Shown: positions 13,880 through 27,050, counted from the first letter of the stretch. The stretch: 64,000 nt of DNA from Phoronis australis (GCA_002633005.1 NMRA01000260.1:261821-325820), one strand, 5' to 3'. Made by a program: numbers and translations. Notes: a model not told the origin generated them from the sequence alone.

Positions 13880-14347
13880 ATTATTGTCATCAAAAGTTGT
13901 TTCTTGAAACCCTGTTCACAATCTCGACAGTCACACAACTTTGAACATGGCATGCCCGACTTCAAACAAGAGCACTCTTTTGTACTAAAACCACTCTTTT
14001 TACAGTTTTAATTAACATATTACATGACATTTGCTGGGGCTAAAGGCAAAGTCAGCCAGTGGAAATTCAGACTACCATACTCCAAAAGTCACCGTTACCA
14101 ACTGGAGATGGTGCACTGACATGCTGCAAGGCTCGTTTGTGAATGCCACACTAGTAGTTTGCTCTTTTGGCATGTAACAGCAAACAATCATGAATAGGAG
14201 GCAGAGATGATTCCATCAGATTTCGACCTGAATATGTGGTGGCGTGCTTTGTTACCTGTTGATGATGAGTCGTCGTACAGCTTGCATGCAAACTGTTCAT
14301 TGTCTTCATTGAGTTGACCAGGAGACACAAAGTAATGTTGAGCCCAA
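13880..14347 (-). pseudogene. Decayed C-terminal fragment of a transposon-like protein ending in a tesmin/TSO1-like CXC domain
   Basis: Manual translation across frameshifts and stops: EQFACKLY..NKARHHIF..SLPPIHDCLLLHAKRANY*CGIHKRAL..APSPVGNG..LNFHWLTLP..CSCLKSGMPCSKLCDCRDCE, then an acidic tail. Confidence 0.7.
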
Positions 14348-16366
14348 CTTTAATGACAAAGTTTAATTAACAAATATCTCTGCAAGCCTGCACCGTACCC
14401 GGAATAAATTTTTTTGTCAACCTGAATAGCATTTCATCTAAACAATCAGCCTTGTTACAGTAATCCTTAATTTTACTAAAACAGACAACCAAAATGCTCT
14501 CCATTCTAGCACAAGTGAAATTTTATTTTGTCAAGTGCTCAGCTAAAGTAAGCATTAAGAGAAATGAGCAACATTACTAGGATTGATTGCACCATACAGT
14601 TGCCTATTTAAGACATGGAATTTTTTTATCATCCTTAATACCGTAGTTCAGCCTTTGAAAATAGAGGAATGGTCATTTTGGCAATAGTTTTTATGTGAAT
14701 TTGAAAAGCGTCTTATTTACCATAGAGCTAAAATTTCTTTTGACGCTTCCTGTTTTAGATAGCATATAATTGGAAGAGTAAAAATTTTCTTACACCAAAA
14801 ATTCTTTAAAATTAAGGAATCTCCAAAATGTGAGACACTGAAACCCGAGCAACATTTGAATTTTCAAGATAATGAATTACAGAACACAGGCAATATTTGC
14901 ATTTTTATATTTCTCAAATTCCAAATGCAGCTCATGTTTTTACGTAAAAGGGTCAGAAAATAGGCTGGGAAGTTCATAAAGAGCAGAGCTGATCACTCAC
15001 ATGTAGGTAAAAACTACAGCCAGTATCTTTTAGATTGCACCCGATAATACTGGAAATTTATCAAGCTAATTCTTTCTCTTTTCTCTGTCCTAAACTAAAT
15101 AACTATAATACAGATTGTGATAGAATAGCTCTGTTTTTTTCTCAGAAACTTAGAAACTTCTCAGCAATAATACTTTTCTTGCACTCATTGTTGATCCTTT
15201 TGTTTGCCTTAGACCACGTAATACCTGAAAATTCCAGGAGCTCAGAAATTTGAGCAGAATCTGAGACATGAATGCAACAAGGAGCAGACATCTTGCCAGT
15301 CATTTGTGAAGTCGCACACTCGTTCAATAATTCATAGTTTCAACGGTGTCCGAGCTGGCCCAAAACTGCCGTTTGCGGAAGCACAAAATGATTCAAGAAC
15401 ATGCCAAGAATTGTATGTATGTCGGTATGATTTCATGAATCAGACAACTTGGGAATGGGAAAGATACGGACACAATATTTTCCTGACACTTGATTGGCTG
15501 TTCTGATCGCACTAACACCTGGTGGCTAACATATTAGTTTAGGCTATTTTTTTCCAACTTTTATGGCCTAATGTTTATGCTTTTTACCCTCCCTATATTG
15601 AGTTCTGATTGATGAAGCTCAAATTTGACTGCTCTGTAAACATGCCATTACAGTGGTATGCTCATCATTTTCATTCTAATCATAGCTTAATTTAGGAATA
15701 TTTTACAACTGGTGTCAATTGTACCTAATTATGACATAGAAAGTTAAGTAACAAAAACATGATGCTATGCTTCATATAAGAACATTTCGCTATACCTCAA
15801 TATCATCATCATTAGGTATTGTACAGTCAGTACACAGATGCAGTAACATATGTACAAAAGCAACACAAATTCATAATCCATCACTTCACATCACTGCATA
15901 ATACAGTACTAAACATCCCACGTCTACCACAGCTCTTATTTTTGTTATTTTCCTTTCTATTGGCCATCTGGCCAAGAACTGGCACATAAAAAATAGCGAG
16001 GAGGTGTTTCAATGAACTGGTGACCACAATACTTGATGTTTAAAGAACAGCACTATCACAAGCGTCATCAAGATTCCTGGTGATCTTTAACCTAAAAATT
16101 CTGTTCTTTTAATTTGACCCTTCCTAATCTTTTATATTGGGTAGGGCGACGAAAATATGTTTTCCAGTTCATTGCTGCAGTTGCATAGCATCGTTTTGCG
16201 TGCACCAGTACTAGTGACTGCCTAGTATGTTTGGTAAAGAAAGAGCCAGTTGTTTACACTAGTAACCTTTGTTAATTCCCAGTTCTGATTGTAGTGAACT
16301 TACCTGTACGTATCTGTAAACCTGTTTTGTTGAGGAACAAAGTGAACCCAGTGGTTGTCAAGTTAG

Positions 16367-16686
16367 TTGTTAGTGATTAACCATACCATGCTTGTTAGTG
16401 ATTACCATACCATGCTTGTTAGTTATTACCATACCATGCCTGTTAGTGATTACCATACCATGCTTGTTAGTGATTACCATACCATGCTTGTTAGTGATTA
16501 CTATACCATGCTTGTTAGTGATTACCATACCATGCTTGTTAGTGATTAACCATACCATGCTTGTTAGTGATTACCATACCATGCTTGTTAGTGATTACCA
16601 TACCATGCTTGTTAGTGATTACTATACCATGCTTGTTAGTGATTACCATACCATGCTTGTTAGTGATTAACCATACCATGCTTGTT
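16367..16686. repeat. Minisatellite, 13 copies of 24/25-bp TTGTTAGTGATTA(A)CCATACCATGC
   Basis: Directly visible; explains the overlapping repetitive ORFs at 16367-16782. Confidence 0.97.
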
Positions 16687-16889
16687 TACACCCATTTAGT
16701 CAGATCATCGACAACCGAAGATTTTGGGGTATTTTGGACAAATTTAAAGTCTAAAAAGACTTCTATGGTAACTGGATTTTAGTTCATGAGAATCTTGAGT
16801 GCGGTAGTTGAAATTGCGGAAGCTTGAGGTCAATAATTAATTAGTCATGATTCTTAATGGAGTCCACTCACTTTTCCATGACTCGTTTT

Positions 16890-17200
16890 ATGGATATCTC
16901 AAACCTTATTCACAAAAATTGGTCATTTTACAATATTTCACATGTCATTCTCTGGGGAACTTCAAGTACAAAATATTTACCGTGTAGCAGAACCACGGTG
17001 TAACCACACAACCACTTGGAAATTTGTTTGTAGTCCTAGGCCAAAGGTTACAGGGTTGTCACTTAAATCGAATCTCCCACCAGGTACAGAGCAGCCTCAT
17101 ACGTACCCTCAGTCCTTTAATTTACCGAGTCACCATAAAAATGAGTCAACGAGTTGTACATATGATAGAACAGTGCCGGGGATAACGAAAGACAAAACAG
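16890..17200. mobile_element. Partial copy of the Kolobok-like element family at 39619-41023
   Basis: GGATATCTCAAACC terminus followed by sequence matching 36625-36935. Confidence 0.7.
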
Positions 17201-17658
17201 ATGAGTTAAAGCGACCCAGGTATTTACTTGACAGTGAACTTAGACCCCCTGGTGTTATAAAAGACCCATTACTTTGATGTTCCAGTCCCGTAACCACCTG
17301 ATAGTGATCTTTTTTATTCTTCTCTGCGTAGAACCCACTTCCACTAGCGCCAATTTTCATTCCCTGGGTCGCTAGTCGACCACATCGTAGATTTTTCAGG
17401 CTCCAATCTATGGGAAGAATTTTGATCTGGCTGAAGCTGGCCAATGTATAAACAAAATTATTACGGGTGGCTATACAGGTAGGTGGAAACTATATCTACA
17501 CAGGCCTAGGCGGAGTTTGCCCCAATCAATCGTATCGTAATAACATTTACTACTGTAGTCATTCAGTTTCTTATTACCGCAAACATTCATGTATAGCATT
17601 CGTTTATATCACTTTTGATGTTTTAGGAAATATGGTAAGCCCCTACTGCTCTACTAAG

Positions 17659-18169
17659 CAGGGCTTGGAATTTTCCGCGGAAACACGGATTTCCGCTTTT
17701 TTCAAATGTGCTTTCCGTTTTTTTTTATAATATTTCCGCGTAAAAAAATTGGATTTGATATAAAATTTCCGCGGCAAATTCCTTTCTTACCGCGGCGTTG
17801 CAGACGACGTTCACCTCGAAAAGCGGAAGTTGCTCTTTATGTTTTGGAGGAACGTAAATTGTCAACATTGCCGGGGCATCTGGGACAGCGTGGTGGGATT
17901 TTCAATGGCGTCTCGTGTTATTGTTAAGCGCGGCGACAAATACTACCGCTCTGTAGCCAAAAATGTGTTCGTTGGGAGTGGACGGGCGAGCTAAAAGGAC
18001 GCAGACGCATGCTACTGATGGTGGTAACTTTTTTTTTTTTTTTAGTCCTCCCGATTTTTGTCGGGGAAAGGTCCACATTGATCATTTCAAGGCTGGTTAT
18101 CGGGCATGATTTGGGCCGTAAAAGTTTCAAAGTTTCCGCGTTTTTTGTCATTGGTCATTCCAAGCCCTG
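17659..18169. mobile_element. hAT-type MITE, TIR CAGGGCTTGGAAT, 6-bp flanking duplication ACTAAG
   Basis: Perfect 13-bp TIRs; ACTAAG at 17653-17658 and 18170-18175. Confidence 0.85.
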
Positions 18170-20671
18170 ACTAAGCTAAGTTTTGAGAAATTGCAATTAA
18201 GCACCAGGGCACACAACAAGAACCGCCGTGTCATAGGTAAAATCTGCTAACGCCAGCTTGATTGACAATAAGCTAAAAACAAAACCTGGCTTGCATTTTT
18301 TATTTTTTCAAAGTCATACACAAATACCTGGTAACGTACTCATAACTTTTTAATTCCAAAATCGAGACGCAGCACATAAACCCTGTGAAGCACTCTGTCC
18401 TTTCCGTCGCCTCACATCCTCGTTAACCCGGCCAAATACATTTCCAGAAAACTAAGTCGTGGGAATTTCATCAAAATAGGGAGAATTTGACACCTTTCCT
18501 TGAGGTATGACAATTGTTCAAATCCGAGAACTTCCCTTCTAAATCGAATTGGGAGTGTTGGCAAAACCACCGTCGCATTTCTGTGACCTGATTTTATCTA
18601 GTGCACTGCAGTCGGAAACTTAGTGCGGCAGACGACATCGCAGAAAGCGGAGGCACTGAAGGCTGGGTGGTTCCTGAAGTTTGCGAACATGGGAAGAAAA
18701 TGAAGTGACAAAGAGTTCGAGTATTATATTTTTAAGTAAACCCATCACCCGGGAAATTAAATTTGTGTACATGTAATATAATTCATATTGCCTAACCACC
18801 GTTTTGGAGGCCATGGCTGCTCTCATTGCTATGGTTGATCTATATCTCTAGTAATTCAAACACTCGGCTTTCTTCTCTAATAGTTCGTACGGCTAATTTT
18901 GTCTAGTGTACGAACTAATAGAGAAAACACAGTAACATCTAAAGGGGCTTACTAACAATTAGTCATTACTGCTAACTGCAGTGATTATTGCAGTAATTAC
19001 TACCTGTACATTTGCAATTAAAATGTAGTGTAACTGCAATTACATTTGCACTATTGAGAATGTCTGGTGCTGCGTGCACGTGTCACGTTTGTTGGCATTC
19101 GCGCACGTCTGACACGTTTGGATTTCAATGGTGGAGAAGATGGCTACCTATTGTAAAAATGGTAGTTTTTGTCGACTGGCAGTTTGATTCTCATTTTTGT
19201 AATTCTTTTGGTTAATTAATACGTACCTTAGGATAGACTACTCCTTTGTTGTTCTATTCGGAATGTAGTTATAAACGTCTTCAGTCAGTGTGGCTGATTC
19301 AGATTTGCTTAAGTAACTGGTATTGCTAGCTAATCCCATTGAGACATTGACTCTGTTTGCTTGTTGAATTTTGTCCTATTTTGCCTGATCGTTACGTTGG
19401 GTCCTCCACAGGGTGTTTCAACAGGGCCTTGCATTCTCGTTTTATTTCATCAGTTGACTTTAACCCTTGATTATATTTTCCCGTCTTCTTTTCTATCCTC
19501 TTGTTTAGACAGCTAATGTTTTGAGCCTGAATATCTTGCATTATACAAAAAAGCCCAGTCACACTTTACTGCATTTGGATTAGGGAAACAGTATGATTTC
19601 ACCAAAATGCCAGAAATGATCTCAAAAATTGAGATAGGTCCAAATCCCTGGATGGGAGGAGTACAGCCTAACATATCAACCCAAAAACATTTTAGTTATT
19701 TGTACGAAGATTTGAAACGATATAGATACATAAGGTGGATCTTACACAGATAGGAAACTATACGAGATGTGCAGATGGTAATCATTTCAATTCTCCATGG
19801 GCAAGTTGAAGCACACCCACTCAGACTCATCATTCCACATCATAACATGTTGCTATTTCACCTGGATAAGATCCATCATGTTGAGCAATTTACTTGCAAC
19901 ATCAATTATGGTATCTTGATCAGCAATCACTTTGCAACCTGTTGGTGAGTTGATAAGGAGGCTGATGTGTTTTCTGTCCAAACCCAACATGGACTCTTGT
20001 TGTTGTAGGGTATGATGTCCGGAGGTTACTCCTGTAGGCTAGAGTATGTTGTCCTGGGGGTACTCCTGTAGGTGAAGAATACCCGTTTTCTGGCAAATTT
20101 CCTTATGAAAGGATACTTTTCTAATTTTAGTCTGTATTTGTACATGAGTTCACTTTGGGATTTCGAAGCTCTACAAATTTTCTTTTTCCATGCAAGAAAA
20201 TGACATTTATTAGATTGTTTTTCACTTAAACGGCAGTAATGGGCAAGCCGAGAGTCATTTGACTCCCAGATTTTGCATGCAATCCCGCCAGTTGTTAGCT
20301 TTAGATGTTGATATAGGTTTCACAACGAGGTGACGAGCAGAACTATCCAGGCTGTGTCAAATTTCGGGGTCTAATGGACTCAACACACAGTGGTACCTAG
20401 CAGTATTTTGAAAATAGTCTTCATACAGTTAGCTGGCTGGCTAAAAATGGCTTTTTTGCTTGCAATAACTTCTCATCACTTGTCAATAACTTCATGTTGG
20501 TTAAGTGCCAAAGCTAATGGAAAAACACAATTTTGCTTAGCTGTTTTAAGTTGCACTTTAAGTAGTCGGTTTGGTTTACTCGTGGGAAAAGACATTTTAT
20601 GAAAATTGTCTTATGGATGTTGAAGAGTGGTATGCAGTGTTTCTATATAAATTTTGGTCAACCGTTATAAT

Positions 20672-21061
20672 GCTGTGTCCATACAGGCACTAAATCTAGC
20701 AACTTGGACTAGTTTAAGCGACCATGTGAACTACTAAAGTTAAACTAGTACAACTTGGACTAGTTTAAGTGACCATGTGCACTAAAGTTAAACTAGTACA
20801 ACTTGGACTAGTTTAAGTGACCATGTGGATTAAAGTTAAACTAGTACAACTTGGACTAGTTTAAGTGACCATGTGGATTAAAGTTAAACTAGTACAACTT
20901 GGACTAGTTTAAGTGACCATGTGGATTAAAGTTAAACTAGTACAACTTGGACTAGTTTAAATGACCATGTGGACTAAAGTTTGACACGTGTTTGACAACT
21001 TACACCACCTCGTGGAGGTAGTGCAACTTCAAGCCCCACTTCGAGTGTCTGTGTGGACAGC
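20672..21061. mobile_element. MITE (Harbinger-like) containing a ~48-bp palindromic tandem array (~6 units, ~20700-20980)
   Basis: Ends GCTGTGTCCATACAGGCAC / GTGTCTGTGTGGACAGC; unit AAAGTTAAACTAGTACAACTTGGACTAGTTTAAGTGACCATGTGGATT. Confidence 0.75.
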
Positions 21062-22879
21062 AAACTGGGGCAAGGCAGAGGTGATTATTAGCCACACAGT
21101 TGTGCAATTGAGTTTATTCGGTTGATGAATAACTGCTATTCACATCATTTACATACCTCACACCAAATTTTTTTTAACTTTCGTGTTCATTTCCAAGTTG
21201 CAATAAATGAATTAAAGTAATCAAAAACGTCAGGGAAATACCGCAAAACATTGTTTTCTTGTAGTCTCACCATTTTTTAGTTGTGACCGGAAGTACTAAA
21301 CATAGTAAAACAATGCGCTATGTGACTTGTGCCCTGCACACCTTGCTTGACACCAATTATGTAATTGTCATCTGGACAAGTCTCTGATCACACTCAAGTT
21401 GTCCCAGGTGTAACTTGTGCTAGTTTAAGTGCCCCTTTGGACAGAACACAAGGGAAACCAGGAGTTCCTACTAAGATGTCCCAGTTATGATTCTAAAATA
21501 ACCATTCTTTGTCTTTCAAACCAGCTTGCTTCTCATCTGCACCGTACTATAGTTATGTTTTGTTGTTTCTTGGTTAACCATTGTCGCCACCGCTGTTATT
21601 TGTGGTCGAGAGAACTCCAGTGTCTATAGTCACAGATGCAGCAGTTGGAGCTGTGGTGTTCCTTCTGTTTCTATCCTTATTCAAAATTTATTAGGTCACT
21701 TGCTGAGGTGCATTCTTGATTACAGCATTTTTTTAGTGTGGAGATGCTGAGACGTGGACATACAAGATTAGTTTTGAAAATTCCTTATGTGGCTTCTGTC
21801 ATAATCTGTTTTTATTGTGTTTTTTCATAAAAGTGTCACTGTAAAACAACAGCATCTGTGTCCTGACTCATGCTGAACAGCAAAACACTATTTAGCATAA
21901 TTAAAACATAATGAGAAACAATTAATATCTGATTAAAGTTCAAAAAGTTGTTTTGGATGGCAGATTACAAGTCTTTCCAGTATAAAAAGCTCAGGATTTT
22001 CAAACTTGGCTAAGATTTTCAATATTTCCAAAGCAAGCGCAGGATTTCTTCAAACATGGCTCAGCCCAATGCTTCAAAATACATGTAGTGTGAATACACC
22101 ATATGTTATGTATCTGTTATGTTATTTCCTAAACTAATTTGCATAATTGTGAGCATTCCAAAATGATAAAATCATAGCGTCTACCCTGACGGTCTTAGTA
22201 TAGCATGCCATATTTACCGTGTCTGTAGTATCCCTAAATCTGTGACATGGAGAAAAAAGGGGAAATTGAGCAAATGGTGTAAAACACCTAAAAAACAGCC
22301 TTTTGCCAACAGAATGGAGAGAGTATATCTGCGCGGATGCCAAAAAGCAAACTCTGGTGCTGTTGCAGGATGCTGGTATTCGTTACCAAAGCAGAATAGT
22401 TGACAACTATAAGTGTGCGATGGAGACTTGCTGTCTTCTCACATTTGGTGTGGAACGAGCTGCATGCTAAAGGTCAAAGTTGATCTATATCCAATACAGT
22501 GAGCCAGGTTATTGACTAGATGAAGAATGGCATATGTTGGATGACTGAAAATACCTGTGCGTTCTTTGAACTGTGGGCGTGGTTGCTGTTACCATTCCCG
22601 TGGCAACACTCTGCTAACCCACAACAGAGCTATTAGAGTGTACAGATGTGTTACATTGGAGTGATGGATGGTCCACCGTTTATTGCATCAAAATTGAGCT
22701 ATTACTTCCCAGGTCTGTTTGTTTTGAATTATTGGACATTGGTGAACTTCTGAACTTGCAGGTGTTTTTTACGTCTTTGGTCATTGTTTTGATAACTTAG
22801 GAAAGGTGTAAATTAATCTTGTCTTTGATATTAGATAATTATAGATTGAATGCTCTGAATGGAGTCTGGAAGGCATACC

Positions 22880-23150
22880 TGTCCTCACTTGGTAGTACAC
22901 CAGGGCAGTTTGCACCAGTGAGTAAAGCTCGGGAGATCGCGGGCTTCACTTCTAACTCGCAGTGAAAGGCAAAAGCTTCATTAGTATTGAATTATGGGAT
23001 TGTGTTCATAAATTAGGGTATAGAATGCACAAAAAGCGACGATGTTTCGCCACAAGTGGACCAATGTCTTGGAGTATGTCTATAATACCTTGGCAGTCTT
23101 GTGATGCACTTGACTCCTGGAATGATAAACTATAAAAAATATCCCACCCA
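22880..23150 (+). mobile_element. Possible degenerate tRNA-derived SINE
   Basis: A-box-like CTCACTTGGTAGTACACC, B-box-like GGAGATCGCGGGCTTCA and an A-rich end; very decayed. Confidence 0.3.
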
Positions 23151-24624
23151 CTGTTGGTAGTAGTGTTGATGATGGGTGTTTAATGGTGACTTATGGTAAG
23201 ATTGGCATGTAAATCAATGGAATACAAGCACCTGGGATTCTGTGTATTAGTTATATTTTGAAATCAATGCAATTCTCTTTGAATAGATTTTGGTCATGCT
23301 TAACGATTGTTATCAAAAAAGAGAAAACAGTTTTAGAATAAGTAGAATTTCAAACTTTGGTAATTTGTGATGGTTTCATTTTTATGCAGTGATTGTGGCC
23401 TTGTCTGTTGATAAGGTAAAACTATGTGAGATTGAAAATTGCTCATGATGGCTCATTAAATTCAGTTTTAGATGAGAAAGACCATGGTCAATTGATTTTG
23501 AATTTGAAAGTTATCAGCTCACTGCTTTAAGTGGTTTGATGAAAGGCGGTCATTGTCCCCTTGTGGTCATCACTCAACTGTTTCATAGCGGTCATCGAAG
23601 GTCACATGCATGCAATTACAAATGTGACGTCACGGATTGAGCAAAGAGTTGATGTAAAATTGATCATTTTTCATATTCAGATATAAATTATCTTCATGTA
23701 TCCCATTAATCAACTGTGTTTTAGGTTAATTAGGACTCTTGAAAAATGTCCAAGTTCGACAAACTTAGGAAAGTCAGATCTCAGAAATGGCAGATTAAAC
23801 GTAATGAAATTTTCAGAAACCATGTTTTATGCAATGTTTTGTAAGGAATTGTTTTAAACACATATCATTTTGCATGGTACGCTATCAATAGCATACCGTA
23901 CATTGGACATTCATTACTTTTATGATAAAAGTAAAGGTTACACAAAACAAAAATGAAGCAATAATTTAGGAAACTGTGATAGCATTTTTTAGATTTCATC
24001 TTGAACAATTATATCTTGTAAAATTTGGTCCTGTTGTGGATACCATTGTTGCTGGGAATAAACCTTTATTTTTTGATAAATTTGACTAAAAATATATGGT
24101 CACTGGACCATATTAATAGTATATTAGCACAATGCTACTATTCTACCAGTCTACAGAATGTAGTATTTCTCTGTAGGGCACTTGTCTCACAACTGCAGTG
24201 CTTGTCATTATTTTCATCAAAATTGGTTTACCAGCTGTCAATCTAATGCTAACAAAGTTTCTCTGTTGCACAGCACCTCCATTGTGGACATAGATAGACT
24301 GGACGCTATGTATTATGTATTACTCTTTACTTTGGGCTTGGCTCAGAATTGCCTAGTGGTCAAACCTTTGAGAAGTAAGTCAGTCATGCGCTGTTCATTC
24401 CTCCTTCACAAAACAAAGAGTTGAATTCGGGATGTGACTGTTCACTTGCTTTTTCATGAATTTGTGTTTGCAGTTGCTTATTGTTTTCACGCTTGCGTTC
24501 TATAACCAAAGAGTTTGTTTCATAATCTACATCGTGAATTGGTTTTTCAAAAGCTCGTCTATCTGGTTCTGTAAACATGTGGGACTTGTTGTCAGTGTGA
24601 CCCATAGGTAGTATGGAAAAAAAT

Positions 24625-24890
24625 TTTCAGTTTGAGACTGAAAAATTTGCTCAAGGTTTGAGCTTGTACCAAATTTGCGAAGTAGTCAATTGGTCATCCC
24701 AAATTTAAAAAATTATGATCAAGAGAAGTAATCATTCACTTCAGTGTTACACTGATATTTGAAAAATATGGTGAATGCCAAAATCGCCCATGTCCCAGTT
24801 TTCAGAATCGAATAAAATGTATGTTTAACTTGAATTTTGGTGTCCCAAACTTTAGACTGTCCCAAGCTACATAATTTTTAAGTTCGGTCC
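24625..24890 (+). repeat. Dispersed repeat family B copy
   Basis: Aligns by eye with 5845-6130. Confidence 0.6.
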
Positions 24891-26392
24891 AGTCAAAGAA
24901 AAGCTCTATTTCAATGATGTAACTGAGGTGTATATGAGTTGTGTGTTAGTGGGATTTAACTTTGCCAAATTCCCTCTAAAATCAAGCATGCCTTTTAAGA
25001 ATGCTAAAGTGACAATTAGTCATTTTTTATTTAAAATAAGTGAAGAATTACAATACTGCAGAATAAGTAGAAATATCTATAAAATTAAACATGCATGAAT
25101 GATATTTATACCAAACTAATTTCTAATGATGTAGTGAAACAAAAATATCATCGTTCATGTACTGGCTCTACTTTTCTTGCTTGAACATTTTATTTCTTCA
25201 AGTCTTCTGCTGTCATAAGAAGTAAATACAGTTTGGCCCTCACTAGGAGGCACCGTTACTGGATACAGTAAATGAAAATGGATAAGATGATAGTGCTCTT
25301 GGTACATTTTAAATTCAATGTACGGGTTATCTGAATTTGTTTACGTCATGCAGTCTTTTGGTAAGATCTGTGAAAAACAATGTTTTTCATTTTTTGTGAA
25401 TGCTTCTGTCAATTCACCTTATGATTTCTAGTGTTACGCTTGAACCACGCATCCACGTATATTGTAGAATTTCAGCCACTGAGGTGCAACTTTGGCAATA
25501 CGATTCTGAAACGCATAATTTCATAAAATTGCGTAGTCTTGAATATGACCTAAATAAGAAGTCCTTCTCTCATGAAAATCACAGTGAAAGTTGTTATATG
25601 ACATGAAGCCTGAAGACTCGAACTTAAGCTGAAGTATATTTTACATTGACCAATCCAAGCAGTGGCTTGGTGACTTTATTGAGACATATGTATGTCCTTA
25701 GGAATGGCTGTTCAGCTGTCAAGTATGCTATCATAGACTGTCTTGGAATTTGCCAAAGTCTGTCAAGTATGTAAATGAAGGAAATTGTCTCAAACTTCAT
25801 TGACTTGTATTAAACTGCTGGCTTGAAGTAATGGTTCTTGGCAGTTCAGATTGTATGATAAAAAGTACCGTAATGCATAGGTTCTGGTTTTCTGCGATAA
25901 CAGGAAACTGACGAAATTCACAGATTCCGACTTCTTCACGGAATTAGATATTTCAAATGTAGTGTACATATTTCGGTAGCAGATTACAGAATTATGATAT
26001 TTTTGCTATTAATTACCAAAAATTAAGAATACGATACATCCAATGTGGCATATTGTGGCCACAAATGATGGACAATCATTTAGCAGCAGTTGTGTTCAAG
26101 TAATTATACATTCTTTCTGAAGATGGCATTGTTCTTTTTCGGGTTGAGAAACAATCAACATGGCCTGCTGCAAGTTTTTGGTAAAATGGAGCTGCTGCCA
26201 TAATTCAGCGGTAATGTAAGATAATTCACAGATCATTTTCACATTACTTATCACAATGAATAAACAGGAATTTGCTACTTTACAAAACTCCAGAAAATAG
26301 AATTTTAGGTTTGCTAAAACCAATTTTCCTGTTTTTAAAAACGCCAGACCAGGGTCTCTAATATCACACTATGCTTTTCCAGCCATGTCTTG

Positions 26393-26510
26393 TTAGGACA
26401 TTCGAGCGAAGGTTCCCACTTCCCTGTTACAGTTAGGACACTTGTGCACAACATCCTTTAGACTGGAGATGCAGAACGGAATGAACTGGCACCCAAGCCA
26501 GATAAGTGGA
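26393..26510 (-). CDS. Nested LITAF/CDIP1-family gene, coding exon 3 (IPLIWLGCQFIPFCISSLKDVVHKCPNCNREVGTFARMS*)
   Basis: CCATTTCAG acceptor in phase 2; IPFC..KDVxHxCPNC is the LITAF C-terminal knuckle; TAA stop. Full protein is 145 aa. Confidence 0.93.
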
Positions 26511-27050
26511 CTGAAATGGAAGTGAAAACAAAGCTGATTATTTCACTGTTTTACCACAGACACAGACATCTAAAAATCTTTAGATAGCTAAATATACTCT
26601 TTCTTTTACCTTCACCAAATTAGAGCATAGGATAAGTTTCATCAGTCGAAAGATGTCACTAAAATGTAAATATTTAGTAACTGTTAGCACTGTTGATGTT
26701 TGCCATATCTCATTACTAATTTTTTAAAAAGTTCTTTCAAAAAGTGGGTGGGTTTCCATGGAAACCTCATAGCACATGGATGCAGTTGAGTGAGTACCCG
26801 TTATATATGAGTCAGCTGTCACTCTCTACGGTGGCCATTGTAGTTGGTGGTGTACCACAAAGAATAAAATCTAACTAAAAAATCCATGTTAAATTCAACT
26901 GAATTTCAAACATGTTTATTTACGATATACATTTCCGTGCCGGTTTCAGATGTTTATACCTAATTGATTAAATGCACGACACATTTCATTGTTGACAGTC
27001 TTTATTCCGTTACGTTCATACCTTCAGAACAAAACTACTCTCAACTGAAT

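Noticed and set aside
16367-16782. Repetitive ORFs (VSDYHTML / LVITIPC repeats)
   Set aside because: By-product of a 24-bp minisatellite open in several frames on both strands.
20700-20980. CRISPR-like array of palindromic repeats
   Set aside because: The intervening sequences are near-identical rather than unique spacers, there are no cas genes, and the context is a eukaryotic intron within MITE termini.
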